NCBI GenBank assembly: GCA_003567725.1
Contig: PWYU01000088.1
Coordinates: forward strand, 551 to 64,550
Direction of reading: 5' to 3'
Origin: Syntrophomonadaceae bacterium
Lineage (GTDB): Bacteria; Bacillota; Dethiobacteria; DTU022
Length of the DNA: 64,000 nt
Positions 31,741 to 40,253 of the stretch are shown here, piece by piece (position 1 is the first letter of the stretch; each line of letters starts with the position of its first letter). A program made the position numbers and the translations under genes. The notes beneath the pieces are model-generated. The model was not told the origin of the DNA and did not search any database. It worked only from the letters and a program-made list of their open reading frames with translations.

Positions 31741-34716
31741 ATGAATCCGGCCAAATATGAAGGCCTCTTTAAGTCCCAGGAATCAAACTTATCGATTTTC
31801 CACGATTTGATGCCTTTTAAAATAAAGGAAATACTGCTGGTTGCTACCGCATATGATGCCTATATCCTGGAAAGAGAGGGGCAGATATTTGAACAGATAT
31901 ACGGTGAATACTACCAGTTGAACATATCAAGCGCTCCCAGAATAACTTCGGTATTTTCTGTTGAAGATGCCCTGGAAGAGGTAAAGACCGGGCGCTTTGA
32001 TCTGGCTATTATTGTTACAGGGATTAATAAGGAAATGCCGCTCTTTTTGAGCAAAAGCATTCGTGAAATAAGCCCTGATCTGCCTATTTTACTATTGATC
32101 AACAATAACAATCAGATTAATCTCTATGCTGGCATGAAGGAAAGCCTGGTTGATGTTGACAAAATGTTTGTCTGGAATGGTGACAGCAATATCTTTCTGG
32201 CAATGATCAAGTACATTGAAGACTCGATTAATGCTGAAAGCGACACAAACAAGGGTGATGTCAGGGTTATTCTCGTTGTTGAAGATTCTATTCGTTATTA
32301 TTCACGTTACCTGCCCACCCTGTACAGTGTAATTATCAGTGAGGTGCATCGCTTGATTAGCGGAGAAGACGTTGATGCCCGCTACAAGCTATTAAAAATG
32401 CGAGCCCGGCCGAAAGTGCTTCTTGCTTCTAATCTTGAAGAAGCATTGATCCTTTTTGAAAAATATTACAAATATATGCTTTGTCTGATTACTGATGTTA
32501 CTTTTCCCGTGGAGGGCAAACCTGATCCCTTTGCAGGCAAAAAACTGGTTGAACATGTTAAAAGTAAGTTAACCGTACCGATTTTGGTTCAATCTTCTGA
32601 GCCAGAAAACATGACGCTTGCCCTCGATAATAAGCTTGCATTTATTGATAAAAATTCAAACAGGCTTTCCGCTGATCTGATTGACTTCTTTCACCTTCAC
32701 CTTGGCTTTGGCAATTTTTTATTCAAGGATACGAAGGGAAAGATTATTGCTGAGGCAAGATACTTAAAAGAGTTCGAGGTGCTAATTGATACGATCCCAC
32801 CTGAATCGATCACCTACCACAGCAACCGCAACGATTTTTCAACCTGGTTTATGGCCAAAGGTGAAATTAAAAGCGCTCTTCGCCTCAAAAAAGCAAGATC
32901 GGAAGACTTCAAAGGACCTGAAGAGATCCGGGTATTCATCAAACAGGTTTTGAGAGACAGGTGGCTTGAAAAGAAACGCGATTATATTTCTGTCTTTTCT
33001 GAGACTGCTTTCAAAGAAAAATCTTTTCTTATGCGCATATCAAACGGCTCTGTGGGTGGAAAAGGCAGAGGGATTGCTTTTACAGAATCAATTTTACAAA
33101 AAAAAGAGTTTAAAGATTTACTACACGACATTCATGTAACAATCCCGAAAACAATTATTGTCGGAACAGACGAATTTGAAAATTTTATAGAGCAGCTTGA
33201 TTATCGTGCATTAAGCGAGGCGGAAAGTGATTACCCGCAGTTGCGAAAGATCTTTGCCGATCTTAAACTGTCTTCACTTTTAAGCCAGCGGCTTACAAGA
33301 ATGCTGGCCAACTTGAAAGGGCCAATAGCAGTTAGAAGTTCCGGGCTTTTTGAAGACAGCCTTTCTCAACCTTTTTCCGGCATCTATGAAACATATTATC
33401 TGCCAAACAACCATCACGATCAAACAATAAGGCTTCAGCAGCTCGAAAATGCAATCAAGATGGTCTATGCTTCTGTCTTTGCTCCTTTGGCGCGCAGCTA
33501 TTTTGATTCGATTAACCATTCCATAGAAGAGGAAAAAATGGCCGTAATAGTACAGGAGCTGGTTGGCCAGGAATACAAGCAGCACTATTATCCGCATTTA
33601 AGTGGAGTAGCGCAATCTTACAACTACTATCCTTTTTCACATATGAAGCCCGAGGATGGTATAGGGCTTATTGCAGTAGGGCTGGGTAAAAGTATCGTCG
33701 ATGGCGAATCATCTTACCGGTTTTGCCCCAGGTATCCGAAAATGAATATGATGACTATTAAAGATTTACTGGCAAACACCCAGAGACATTTTTACGCTCT
33801 TAATTTAGAGAAAAATGACTTTAGCCTGATTGAAGGCTCTAATGCCACCCTTGATCGGCTTCCTGTTGAAGTAGCAGAAAAGCATGGCACTCTTAATTAC
33901 AGTGCGTCAGTTTATGATGCGTCAGCTAATACAATCAAACCGGGCTTACACGGCGATGGGCCAAGGATTGTTAATTTTAGCTATATCCTTGAATATAACC
34001 AGATCCCTTTGGCTTCAACAATTACAAGACTTCTTGATATTTTGCGGAGCGCTCTTGGAACGCCTGTTGAAATTGAGTTTTCGGTTGATCTTACCAGGAA
34101 TAATACAGGAAAGGCTTCATTTTATATTTTGCAGGTAAAACCGTTGATCAGAAGTATTGATAGTGCTGTGGTTGATACTTCTTTAGTTTCCAGAAAAAAA
34201 ATGATCCTTTACTCAAAACGAGGTATGGGCAATGGGATAATTGAAGGTGTCAGGGACATCGTCTACGTAGTCCCAGACAAGTTTAATCGAATGGAGACAA
34301 GGAAAATCGCCAAAGAGATCCATGCAGTGAATGCTTCAATGAAAGCTAAAAAGACCGGTTACATCCTGATCGGCCCGGGGCGCTGGGGCTCCAGTGACCC
34401 CTTTCTGGGCATCCCCGTTGATTGGGCAGCCATAAGCGAAGTTAAAGCAATAGTTGAAGCGGGAACAAAGGATTTTAACGTTGACGCCTCCTTGGGAAGC
34501 CATTTTTTCCATAATATTACTTCTATGAATATCGGCTATTTCACAGTGTCCGGTAAGGTTGAAAATGAATTCATCGATTATAATTACCTCAATAACAGCA
34601 AAGCAATCAGCGAATATGCTTACATCAGGCACATTAGACTACCTGCTCCCGTTACGGTAATCATGGACGGCAGGAGATCAACTTCATTAATCACCAGGGC
34701 AGGTGTAAAGGTATAG
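31741..34716 (+). CDS. Receiver-like domains fused to a PEP synthase/PPDK-type ATP-grasp domain (unknown function)
   Basis: N-terminal receiver-like segments (ILVVEDS...LITD...FIDK); GGKGRG, AVRSS..EDS..FSGIY, MAVIVQ, GLGKSIVDG, EIEF..LQVKP dikinase motifs; no PEP-binding TIM barrel. Confidence 0.85.
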   Translation: MNPAKYEGLFKSQESNLSIFHDLMPFKIKEILLVATAYDAYILEREGQIFEQIYGEYYQLNISSAPRITSVFSVEDALEEVKTGRFDLAIIVTGINKEMPLFLSKSIREISPDLPILLLINNNNQINLYAGMKESLVDVDKMFVWNGDSNIFLAMIKYIEDSINAESDTNKGDVRVILVVEDSIRYYSRYLPTLYSVIISEVHRLISGEDVDARYKLLKMRARPKVLLASNLEEALILFEKYYKYMLCLITDVTFPVEGKPDPFAGKKLVEHVKSKLTVPILVQSSEPENMTLALDNKLAFIDKNSNRLSADLIDFFHLHLGFGNFLFKDTKGKIIAEARYLKEFEVLIDTIPPESITYHSNRNDFSTWFMAKGEIKSALRLKKARSEDFKGPEEIRVFIKQVLRDRWLEKKRDYISVFSETAFKEKSFLMRISNGSVGGKGRGIAFTESILQKKEFKDLLHDIHVTIPKTIIVGTDEFENFIEQLDYRALSEAESDYPQLRKIFADLKLSSLLSQRLTRMLANLKGPIAVRSSGLFEDSLSQPFSGIYETYYLPNNHHDQTIRLQQLENAIKMVYASVFAPLARSYFDSINHSIEEEKMAVIVQELVGQEYKQHYYPHLSGVAQSYNYYPFSHMKPEDGIGLIAVGLGKSIVDGESSYRFCPRYPKMNMMTIKDLLANTQRHFYALNLEKNDFSLIEGSNATLDRLPVEVAEKHGTLNYSASVYDASANTIKPGLHGDGPRIVNFSYILEYNQIPLASTITRLLDILRSALGTPVEIEFSVDLTRNNTGKASFYILQVKPLIRSIDSAVVDTSLVSRKKMILYSKRGMGNGIIEGVRDIVYVVPDKFNRMETRKIAKEIHAVNASMKAKKTGYILIGPGRWGSSDPFLGIPVDWAAISEVKAIVEAGTKDFNVDASLGSHFFHNITSMNIGYFTVSGKVENEFIDYNYLNNSKAISEYAYIRHIRLPAPVTVIMDGRRSTSLITRAGVKV

Positions 34717-34783
34717 TGCTAATGGTTGGCCGCATCTTAATCATCATCTGTTCTAAAGAAAAACCCTTATTAAACATTTTTTT

Positions 34784-34832
34784 TGGAGCCGGCAAGAGGA
34801 TTTGAACCCCCAACTTGCTAATTATGATTCAG
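34784..34832 (-). repeat. Degenerate copy of the 3' 49 nt of tRNA-Thr (att-like direct repeat)
   Basis: 45/49 identical to 37621-37669, all four differences transitions. Confidence 0.88.
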
Positions 34833-35310
34833 TTAAGAACATTTCTTATTGTTTATGGATAGGCAGTCAAAAGCCAGTTTTTCCCTTATTCTATGGGCTA
34901 TAAAGCACATTGCAATTCTTGTTGCGTTGAGCTGTCTCTTACCCTTTATGACCCTCTTGGCACACTAACGGCACACTATAATTCACTTTTTAACTGCTCT
35001 GTTTTACCTACTTGAAAGTAAGCCAAAATCTGCTTTTCATTTTGAGAAAAACCTCGTTTTTTAAATTCCGGGACATAAAAGCGGCCCGTCATTTAAATTA
35101 GGTAAACATGTTGAAGTCTTTGATAAGGTGAAATTTTAAAAACCCCCGAAGGGAGTTGTGCCCCGAGGGGTTATATTGGATTAGTTTAATGATCTAGTTT
35201 TTAATATACAATTGTGTATATCAGAGCAGGTTACTCCATTATAAAACAAGAAGTAAAATATAAAGCAACCATTTCACCAAACCATTTTTAGAAAGAAGGT
35301 GTTTCTTCTT

Positions 35311-35715
35311 ATGCTGGCTGATTTAATTCGTCAAAGGTTCGGAGAAGGAAACATAAGCTTTAACTGAGCAGAGAAAATTCTTTATGGCGCTAACAAGACC
35401 TACAATTTAGGTCTTACAAAAAACGCCCTAAAGATGTCTGCCGGTTTCGGTGGAGGAATTGGAGTTGAAAAGACTTGTGGTGCCTTAATATCGGGTGTAA
35501 TGGTTTTGAGTATAATAAACGTGCAGGACAGGGCACATGAAAATGACAGGATTAAGGAACTCACCCGAGAATTTTTGGAGAATTATGTTGAAACAATGGG
35601 CAGTATAGATTGTGATTACTTGAAAGAAAATTACCGGACAGAAGAGGAAAAATGTTTTCGTGTAATTCTTAAAGCTGCAGAAATCTTGGATACCATGGTG
35701 ACCCGGGAAATTTAA
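35311..35715 (+). CDS. C_GCAxxG_C_C family redox protein with in-frame TGA (probable selenoprotein)
   Basis: RBS GAAGGTG, ATG 35311, ...SFN-TGA(35365-35367)-AEKIL..., in frame with the 93 aa ORF (AGFGGG..TCGALISG..SIDC..EKC). The TGA occupies the Cys of the family's N-C-A-E motif. Confidence 0.78.
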
Positions 35716-35805
35716 TAAATATTTGACATTTCATAATTACTACTATACGATAAATGATACTAAATACATTATTACTATAGCTTTACAGCCAAAAGAGGAT
35801 TAGTT

Positions 35806-35847
35806 ATGGGTAGACTGGACGGAAAGGTTGCAATTATTAAAGGATGA
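35806..35847 (+). pseudogene. N-terminal relic of an SDR oxidoreductase
   Basis: RBS AAGAGGA then MGRLDGKVAIIKG*, matching the typical SDR start (MGRL.GKVAIITG). Confidence 0.55.
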
Positions 35848-35900
35848 TGTCTAAAATACTTTTGCAGGTACTACTAATATAATGGAGGGAGTAATTTGAT

Positions 35901-36335
35901 ATGAAAATTTTAGTTTGTACGGACGGGTCGGAACAAAGTCAAAAAGCCTTAGAAAAAGCTTCTTTAATTGCCGGTGGATGTAATGTTGACGAAGTAGCTA
36001 TAATTCATGTATACGAAGAAATACCCTTTCATGAAGCATATTCAAAAGAATATATTGCAAGACAAGTGAAACTGAAAGAAGAACAAAAAATAGCAGGGGA
36101 AAAGATCTTACAGAACGCATTATACTTTTTTGAAAAGAAGGGAATAAATGCACGTACAATTTTCAAAGAAGGACATCCGGCAGAAACTATAGTAGAAGTT
36201 GGTTGTGGAGAAAAATTTGATTTTATTGTTATTGGCAGTAGAGGGCTAGGTGGGTTGAAAAAAGCTTTACTTGGAAGCGTCAGTAATGCAGTAGTCCAGC
36301 AAGCAGAAAAGTGTTCAGTAATTGTAGTAAGATAA
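35901..36335 (+). CDS. Universal stress protein (UspA family)
   Basis: ILVCTDGS..S.KAL, GHPAETI, IGSRGLGG..LLGSVS. Confidence 0.93.
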   Translation: MKILVCTDGSEQSQKALEKASLIAGGCNVDEVAIIHVYEEIPFHEAYSKEYIARQVKLKEEQKIAGEKILQNALYFFEKKGINARTIFKEGHPAETIVEVGCGEKFDFIVIGSRGLGGLKKALLGSVSNAVVQQAEKCSVIVVR

Positions 36336-36687
36336 ATTTTTAAACAAATCTTTTTGATTAAATATTAAATAATATTTCTCAAAGTTTAGTACTCTGGGAA
36401 ATATTGTGTTGTTATAGGAATCCATGATCAATATCTCCTAACATAATTGGATAATGGACATAACCAGATCATACGCTCCAAATACTACTGCCAGTAGTAT
36501 ATACATCAATATTCAAGGCGATATTCGTTTATACCGCCAGGATTGATTATAGTATTAATCAGAACCAGCATTAATCAATCCACTTGAAACCTCATGTAAT
36601 TTAAAAATAATCTGCCTGTAATATTCTTGTAACCATCAGCCCTTATACTTAAAGCGAGTTGACCCCCTCTTTTTATATATTTTCATT

Positions 36688-36721
36688 GGGCACAGTAACT
36701 ATACTGTGCCCTTTCTTTTTT
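36688..36721 (+). terminator. Intrinsic terminator-like hairpin
   Basis: GGGCACAGTA-ACTA-TACTGTGCCC followed by TTTCTTTTTT. Confidence 0.65.
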
Positions 36722-36981
36722 ATATATTGGCTTAACCCGGTTTAAAATATCATAGAACTAACAAAACAGAATGCAGTTAACATAATGCATACTGGGCCTT
36801 GATTGACTGCTATAGTTGAAAGAAGTAAGGCTCTTGAATTAGCAAGCTATACAATGCTATACAAGGTTATTGGTATTAGACATTGCTTTGAGATATCATG
36901 CAACAAGTTGACATAATATATTTTCTATGGTAAAATAAAGATGTAGTGAGTAAGGTTTGAAAATGAAAAGAGGAGAATGTT

Positions 36982-37398
36982 ATGAAAAAATATATTGGGT
37001 TGATGATTGTTTTAATTATAGGCTTTGCTTTCATTACTACAGGCTTCACCATGAGCACATCTGATTCTGAACCTCTGACCAGTCAAGTTTGGGCGGTCAG
37101 TGTTTCTGCAGATCACGGAGAAGTAGGTTCTTTAAATCAGAATTTCCAGGCAGCTCACGGGGCATATGAAAATGTCGGTGATGATGATTATGTAGGTGAT
37201 TACTTTAACATTGAGCAGGATTCCTACGTTTCATCCGGTGAAACCAAGCGCTATATCGATATCAGCAGTCCATATTCTGGCGCTTACCTAAGTGAAGATA
37301 TGACTGTTATCGGAATAACCTCAATTCGGGAAACTTTTTCGATGGAGAATTTCCCGGCAGGCTCAGCTGCAACAGTTAGCTGGTGGGATCTTTTTTAA
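36982..37398 (+). CDS. Hypothetical secreted acidic protein
   Basis: AGAGGAG RBS, MKK + hydrophobic signal peptide; terminator follows. Confidence 0.7.
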   Translation: MKKYIGLMIVLIIGFAFITTGFTMSTSDSEPLTSQVWAVSVSADHGEVGSLNQNFQAAHGAYENVGDDDYVGDYFNIEQDSYVSSGETKRYIDISSPYSGAYLSEDMTVIGITSIRETFSMENFPAGSAATVSWWDLF

Positions 37399-37434
37399 GC
37401 AGTCTAACAATAATTGTGGTATTCATTAACTTGC

Positions 37435-37467
37435 AGAGAAGGGAGAAATTCTCCTTTCTCTTTTTTT
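37435..37467 (+). terminator. Intrinsic terminator
   Basis: AGAGAAGGGAG-AAATT-CTCCTTTCTCT then T run. Confidence 0.7.
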
Positions 37468-37620
37468 AACAGTTAATAACCAATAATACTCAACAATTTA
37501 TGATGTCACTGTTGAATAAGTTGGACAATACATTAAGTAGCAAGTAAAAACCTTTCTGCACACAATACGCATACAAAAGGACTTGGAGATATTATCCAAA
37601 CCCCTAAAGTCTTTAAAAAA

Positions 37621-37696
37621 TGGAGCCGGCAAGAGGACTTGAACCCCCAACCTGCTGATTACGATTCAGCTGCTCTACCAATTGAGCTATGCCGGC
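37621..37696 (-). tRNA. tRNA-Thr(CGT)
   Basis: Minus strand GCCGGCATAGCTCAATTGGTAGAGCAGCTGAAT-CGT-AATCAGCAGGTTGGGGGTTCAAGTCCTCTTGCCGGCTCCA; full cloverleaf, encoded CCA. Confidence 0.96.
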
Positions 37697-37734
37697 TTAT
37701 AGCAAAACAAGTATAGCTTAAATCCAGAGTCTGA

Positions 37735-38475
37735 TCAACTGGTACTCACCAGTTCAATATCCCCCCAGGCCGCTACTTTGCCTTCGCAAATTATCACAGC
37801 ACCGGTTATCCCTTGAATTTTTTCAGCATAGTTGAGGGCCGGTTCCAGATCAGATGCAGTTTTAACCATATTGCCAAGAGCAGTAGCACAAGCATCTGCC
37901 AGAGGCACTGAAGGTGAAAGAGCAACTGCTGCATCAGCCCTGCCAAAACTCAGAGAAGGGCCTACAAGCCCTGAAGAAGTACAAACTCCGAGCGGGGTTT
38001 GCCCGGGAGTGATTTTCAGTGCAAGCTTACCGCTAAGTTCTGAATTCCCGGCATAGATCCCAACATACAAAGGTTCAACGGCCTTTAAATATATATCTCC
38101 ACCGTTTTCAACCACCACTTCCCGGGCCAGATCTTTCAAATAAACGCCTACCAAATCGGCAAAAGCTCCCGCAACCGCTGCCATAGGGCCTACACCAGCC
38201 TGGTTGGCCGCTCTAATCATTAACCGGAACAATTCCGGAGGATTTCCTTCCAGAACACAGGGTTTGAGATTTGACATAAAATGTGGATATTGCTTAAGAT
38301 AATTTTCCAAGCTTTTACGTTCTTTATATACCAGCTGCTCAATGATTGAGGGCAGTTCTTCATGATAGGCATTTCTGTCAACAGCCACCCAGAGATCAGT
38401 TTCTTTTACTTTGACGGAAAAAAAACAGAGCCTTAAATCACTTGACTCTCTCCTGTAAACCCGTTTACTGCTCAT
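37735..38475 (-). CDS. UPF0280 / ApbE-like protein (MA1715-like, sulfide assimilation)
   Basis: GPMAAVAGA, VENGGDI, CTSSG.VGPSLSFGRADA, ADACATA.GN. Confidence 0.88.
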   Translation of the reverse strand: MSSKRVYRRESSDLRLCFFSVKVKETDLWVAVDRNAYHEELPSIIEQLVYKERKSLENYLKQYPHFMSNLKPCVLEGNPPELFRLMIRAANQAGVGPMAAVAGAFADLVGVYLKDLAREVVVENGGDIYLKAVEPLYVGIYAGNSELSGKLALKITPGQTPLGVCTSSGLVGPSLSFGRADAAVALSPSVPLADACATALGNMVKTASDLEPALNYAEKIQGITGAVIICEGKVAAWGDIELVSTS

Positions 38476-38897
38476 TTTGAATTAGAGTTTTCAACCAGGG
38501 TTTCCATTGCCCGGGCTGGGCAAGCTCTAAGGCATAGTTCACATACCACGCATTTGTATTCATCAAAACTCACTGTCATTTCGGGGCGATTAAAAGCCAG
38601 GGCTTCTGTTGGGCAGATTACAGTACAGGCTCCGCAGTGGGTGCAGCGATCTGATCGCCATATAATTTGCTGCTCCAAACCCATAATATGCAAACCCTGC
38701 TCTCTTAACCATTCTATAGCCCGCTGGTAATTCAATTCACTACCGCTGAGCTCCATCATTAAGCGCCCTTCTTTTTTCGGGTTTATATCAGCCCTCAGAA
38801 TATTTACCATCAAATCAAAATCTTTAATGAGGTGGTATATGGTTGGCTGCTCTACCACATGCGGCGGATAGCGAAGCACAATCTTTTGTTTAATCAT
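38472..38897 (-). CDS. NIL domain + 2x[4Fe-4S] ferredoxin (MA1822-like)
   Basis: NIL motif VNILRADI; CTHCGACTVICP and CVVCELCLRACP. Confidence 0.9.
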   Translation of the reverse strand: MIKQKIVLRYPPHVVEQPTIYHLIKDFDLMVNILRADINPKKEGRLMMELSGSELNYQRAIEWLREQGLHIMGLEQQIIWRSDRCTHCGACTVICPTEALAFNRPEMTVSFDEYKCVVCELCLRACPARAMETLVENSNSK

Positions 38898-38899
38898 TC

Positions 38900-40117
38900 T
38901 TAAACCTCCCGTTTATCCGGATCTTTTTGGGGCAAAGCATTTAATTTAATCTCAGCTTCTATGGAAGGCAGGGGTGCTGAAGGAGCAGTCAATGTAAACT
39001 GTCCGGCTTCTATCCAATCCTTAAGCGTGCCGGCAATTTCACGAGCTCCTGCATAACTGGAAAGAGAAGCAGTGGGGACAGCCTGACCATTTATATTAAT
39101 AGATCCGCTTTTTAGATCGGCATAAGAAACCAGGGTCAGCTCAGTGCCTTCTTTATAAGGGTAGCCTCGGTTATAATCAACAACCGGTGCGTATAAATCT
39201 TCATCTCGCACCGAACAGTAACGCATAATCTCTTCATTTAGAATGGGAATAGGGACACCCATTCCAACCTGGATAGTTGCACCGTAACCCAGAAAGCTGA
39301 GCCCTCTAAGCCAGCGTGAATCCATTTGTTTCAAATCGCCGATTAAAGCCAATGTTGCTCCAGGATAAACTGGAGTGTCATTTTCGGCTCTTTTTGCAGA
39401 AGGGTTGTGCTGAGTGCCGTGCCAGGCCACATAACCAAGCCCGCCGCCTAAAAATATCCTGGTCCCGATGCCAATCGTTTTTAATAAGGGATCGTTGAAC
39501 AGGGGGCTCAATTGTCCGGCTGAACTGTAATTGGCATTACCCATATTCATTTTAAGAACACCCATATAGGTATAAATCGTTTTTGGGCCCAGGTTAACCG
39601 CAACATTATAATTTTGATAGGCATTTCGTGGGTTATAAAGGGTAGCCTCGTTTATTTCTGAAAGGCGAATAGTGGTTTCAATCCTTTTTAGTGGATAACA
39701 GTCGGTTCCGTAAGCGCTTGCTTCTAACCTGATTGCTTTGCCGGATACCAGATCTTCAATCACATGCCCACCGCCGTAGATAAAGTCACCGGGGTGTTTA
39801 AGGTTAGCCGGGTCACTGGTTGGCAAAGCTGTTGCTCCAATATATAGATCTACTGCAGCAATACCGGCATAAGCGGGAACGCTGTTTAAAGACACTTCAT
39901 TTAATTTTATCCTCGGTGTAGGATGGCCTACATTCAAAAAAGCCCCGGAAGAACACATCGGCCCAAATGTCCCGGTTGTTACAACATCTACCTGAGCAGA
40001 TGCTTCTTCCAGCCCTTTTTCCTTGACCACATCAATAATTTCTTCTGCTGTAAATACCACAGCTTTCCCGGCTTTAATTTTTTCATTTATCTCTTCTATA
40101 CTGCGATTTATTTTCAC
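38900..40117 (-). CDS. Homocysteine biosynthesis protein (DUF39/COG1900, aspartate-semialdehyde sulfurtransferase, MA1821-like)
   Basis: EINEKI..GKAVV.TAEE, DVVTTGTFGPMCSSGA, YGTDCYP, RNAYQNY, GTQHNP. Confidence 0.9.
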   Translation of the reverse strand: MKINRSIEEINEKIKAGKAVVFTAEEIIDVVKEKGLEEASAQVDVVTTGTFGPMCSSGAFLNVGHPTPRIKLNEVSLNSVPAYAGIAAVDLYIGATALPTSDPANLKHPGDFIYGGGHVIEDLVSGKAIRLEASAYGTDCYPLKRIETTIRLSEINEATLYNPRNAYQNYNVAVNLGPKTIYTYMGVLKMNMGNANYSSAGQLSPLFNDPLLKTIGIGTRIFLGGGLGYVAWHGTQHNPSAKRAENDTPVYPGATLALIGDLKQMDSRWLRGLSFLGYGATIQVGMGVPIPILNEEIMRYCSVRDEDLYAPVVDYNRGYPYKEGTELTLVSYADLKSGSININGQAVPTASLSSYAGAREIAGTLKDWIEAGQFTLTAPSAPLPSIEAEIKLNALPQKDPDKREV

Positions 40118-40191
40118 CAGGCAACTACCTCCCTATTATTAGCAAACATTATAACACTCAGATTTAAATAAGTCATTATTGAAATAGATCG

Positions 40192-40221
40192 AAAAGGCCC
40201 TGCTTATTAGGCAAGGGCCTT
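40192..40221 (-). terminator. Probable terminator after gap-pgi
   Basis: AAGGCCCT(T)GC...GCAAGGGCCTT hairpin, T run on the minus strand. Confidence 0.55.
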
Positions 40222-40253
40222 ATAGCAAATATAATTATTATCTACCGTTAGGT

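Larger units (their letters stand above)
34784..37669. mobile_element. Decayed genomic islet integrated at tRNA-Thr (no integrase left)
   Basis: Bounded by the tRNA 3' end and its degenerate duplicate; AT-rich, gene-sparse, genes on the opposite strand to the core genes; gene relics inside. Confidence 0.7.

Noticed and set aside
34784-34832. Second tRNA gene
   Set aside because: Only the 3' 49 nt are present, with no D arm or 5' acceptor strand and a mutated anticodon arm; treated as an att remnant.
34957-34973. Sigma54 -24/-12 promoter (TTGGCAC...)
   Set aside because: The -12 element reads ACGGC rather than TTGC and no gene follows closely; better explained as a tandem repeat.
36420-36575. 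Hydrophobic minus-strand fragments in the islet (LMYILLAVVFGAYDLV..)
   Set aside because: Broken by stops and too short to assign; possibly a relic but not supportable.
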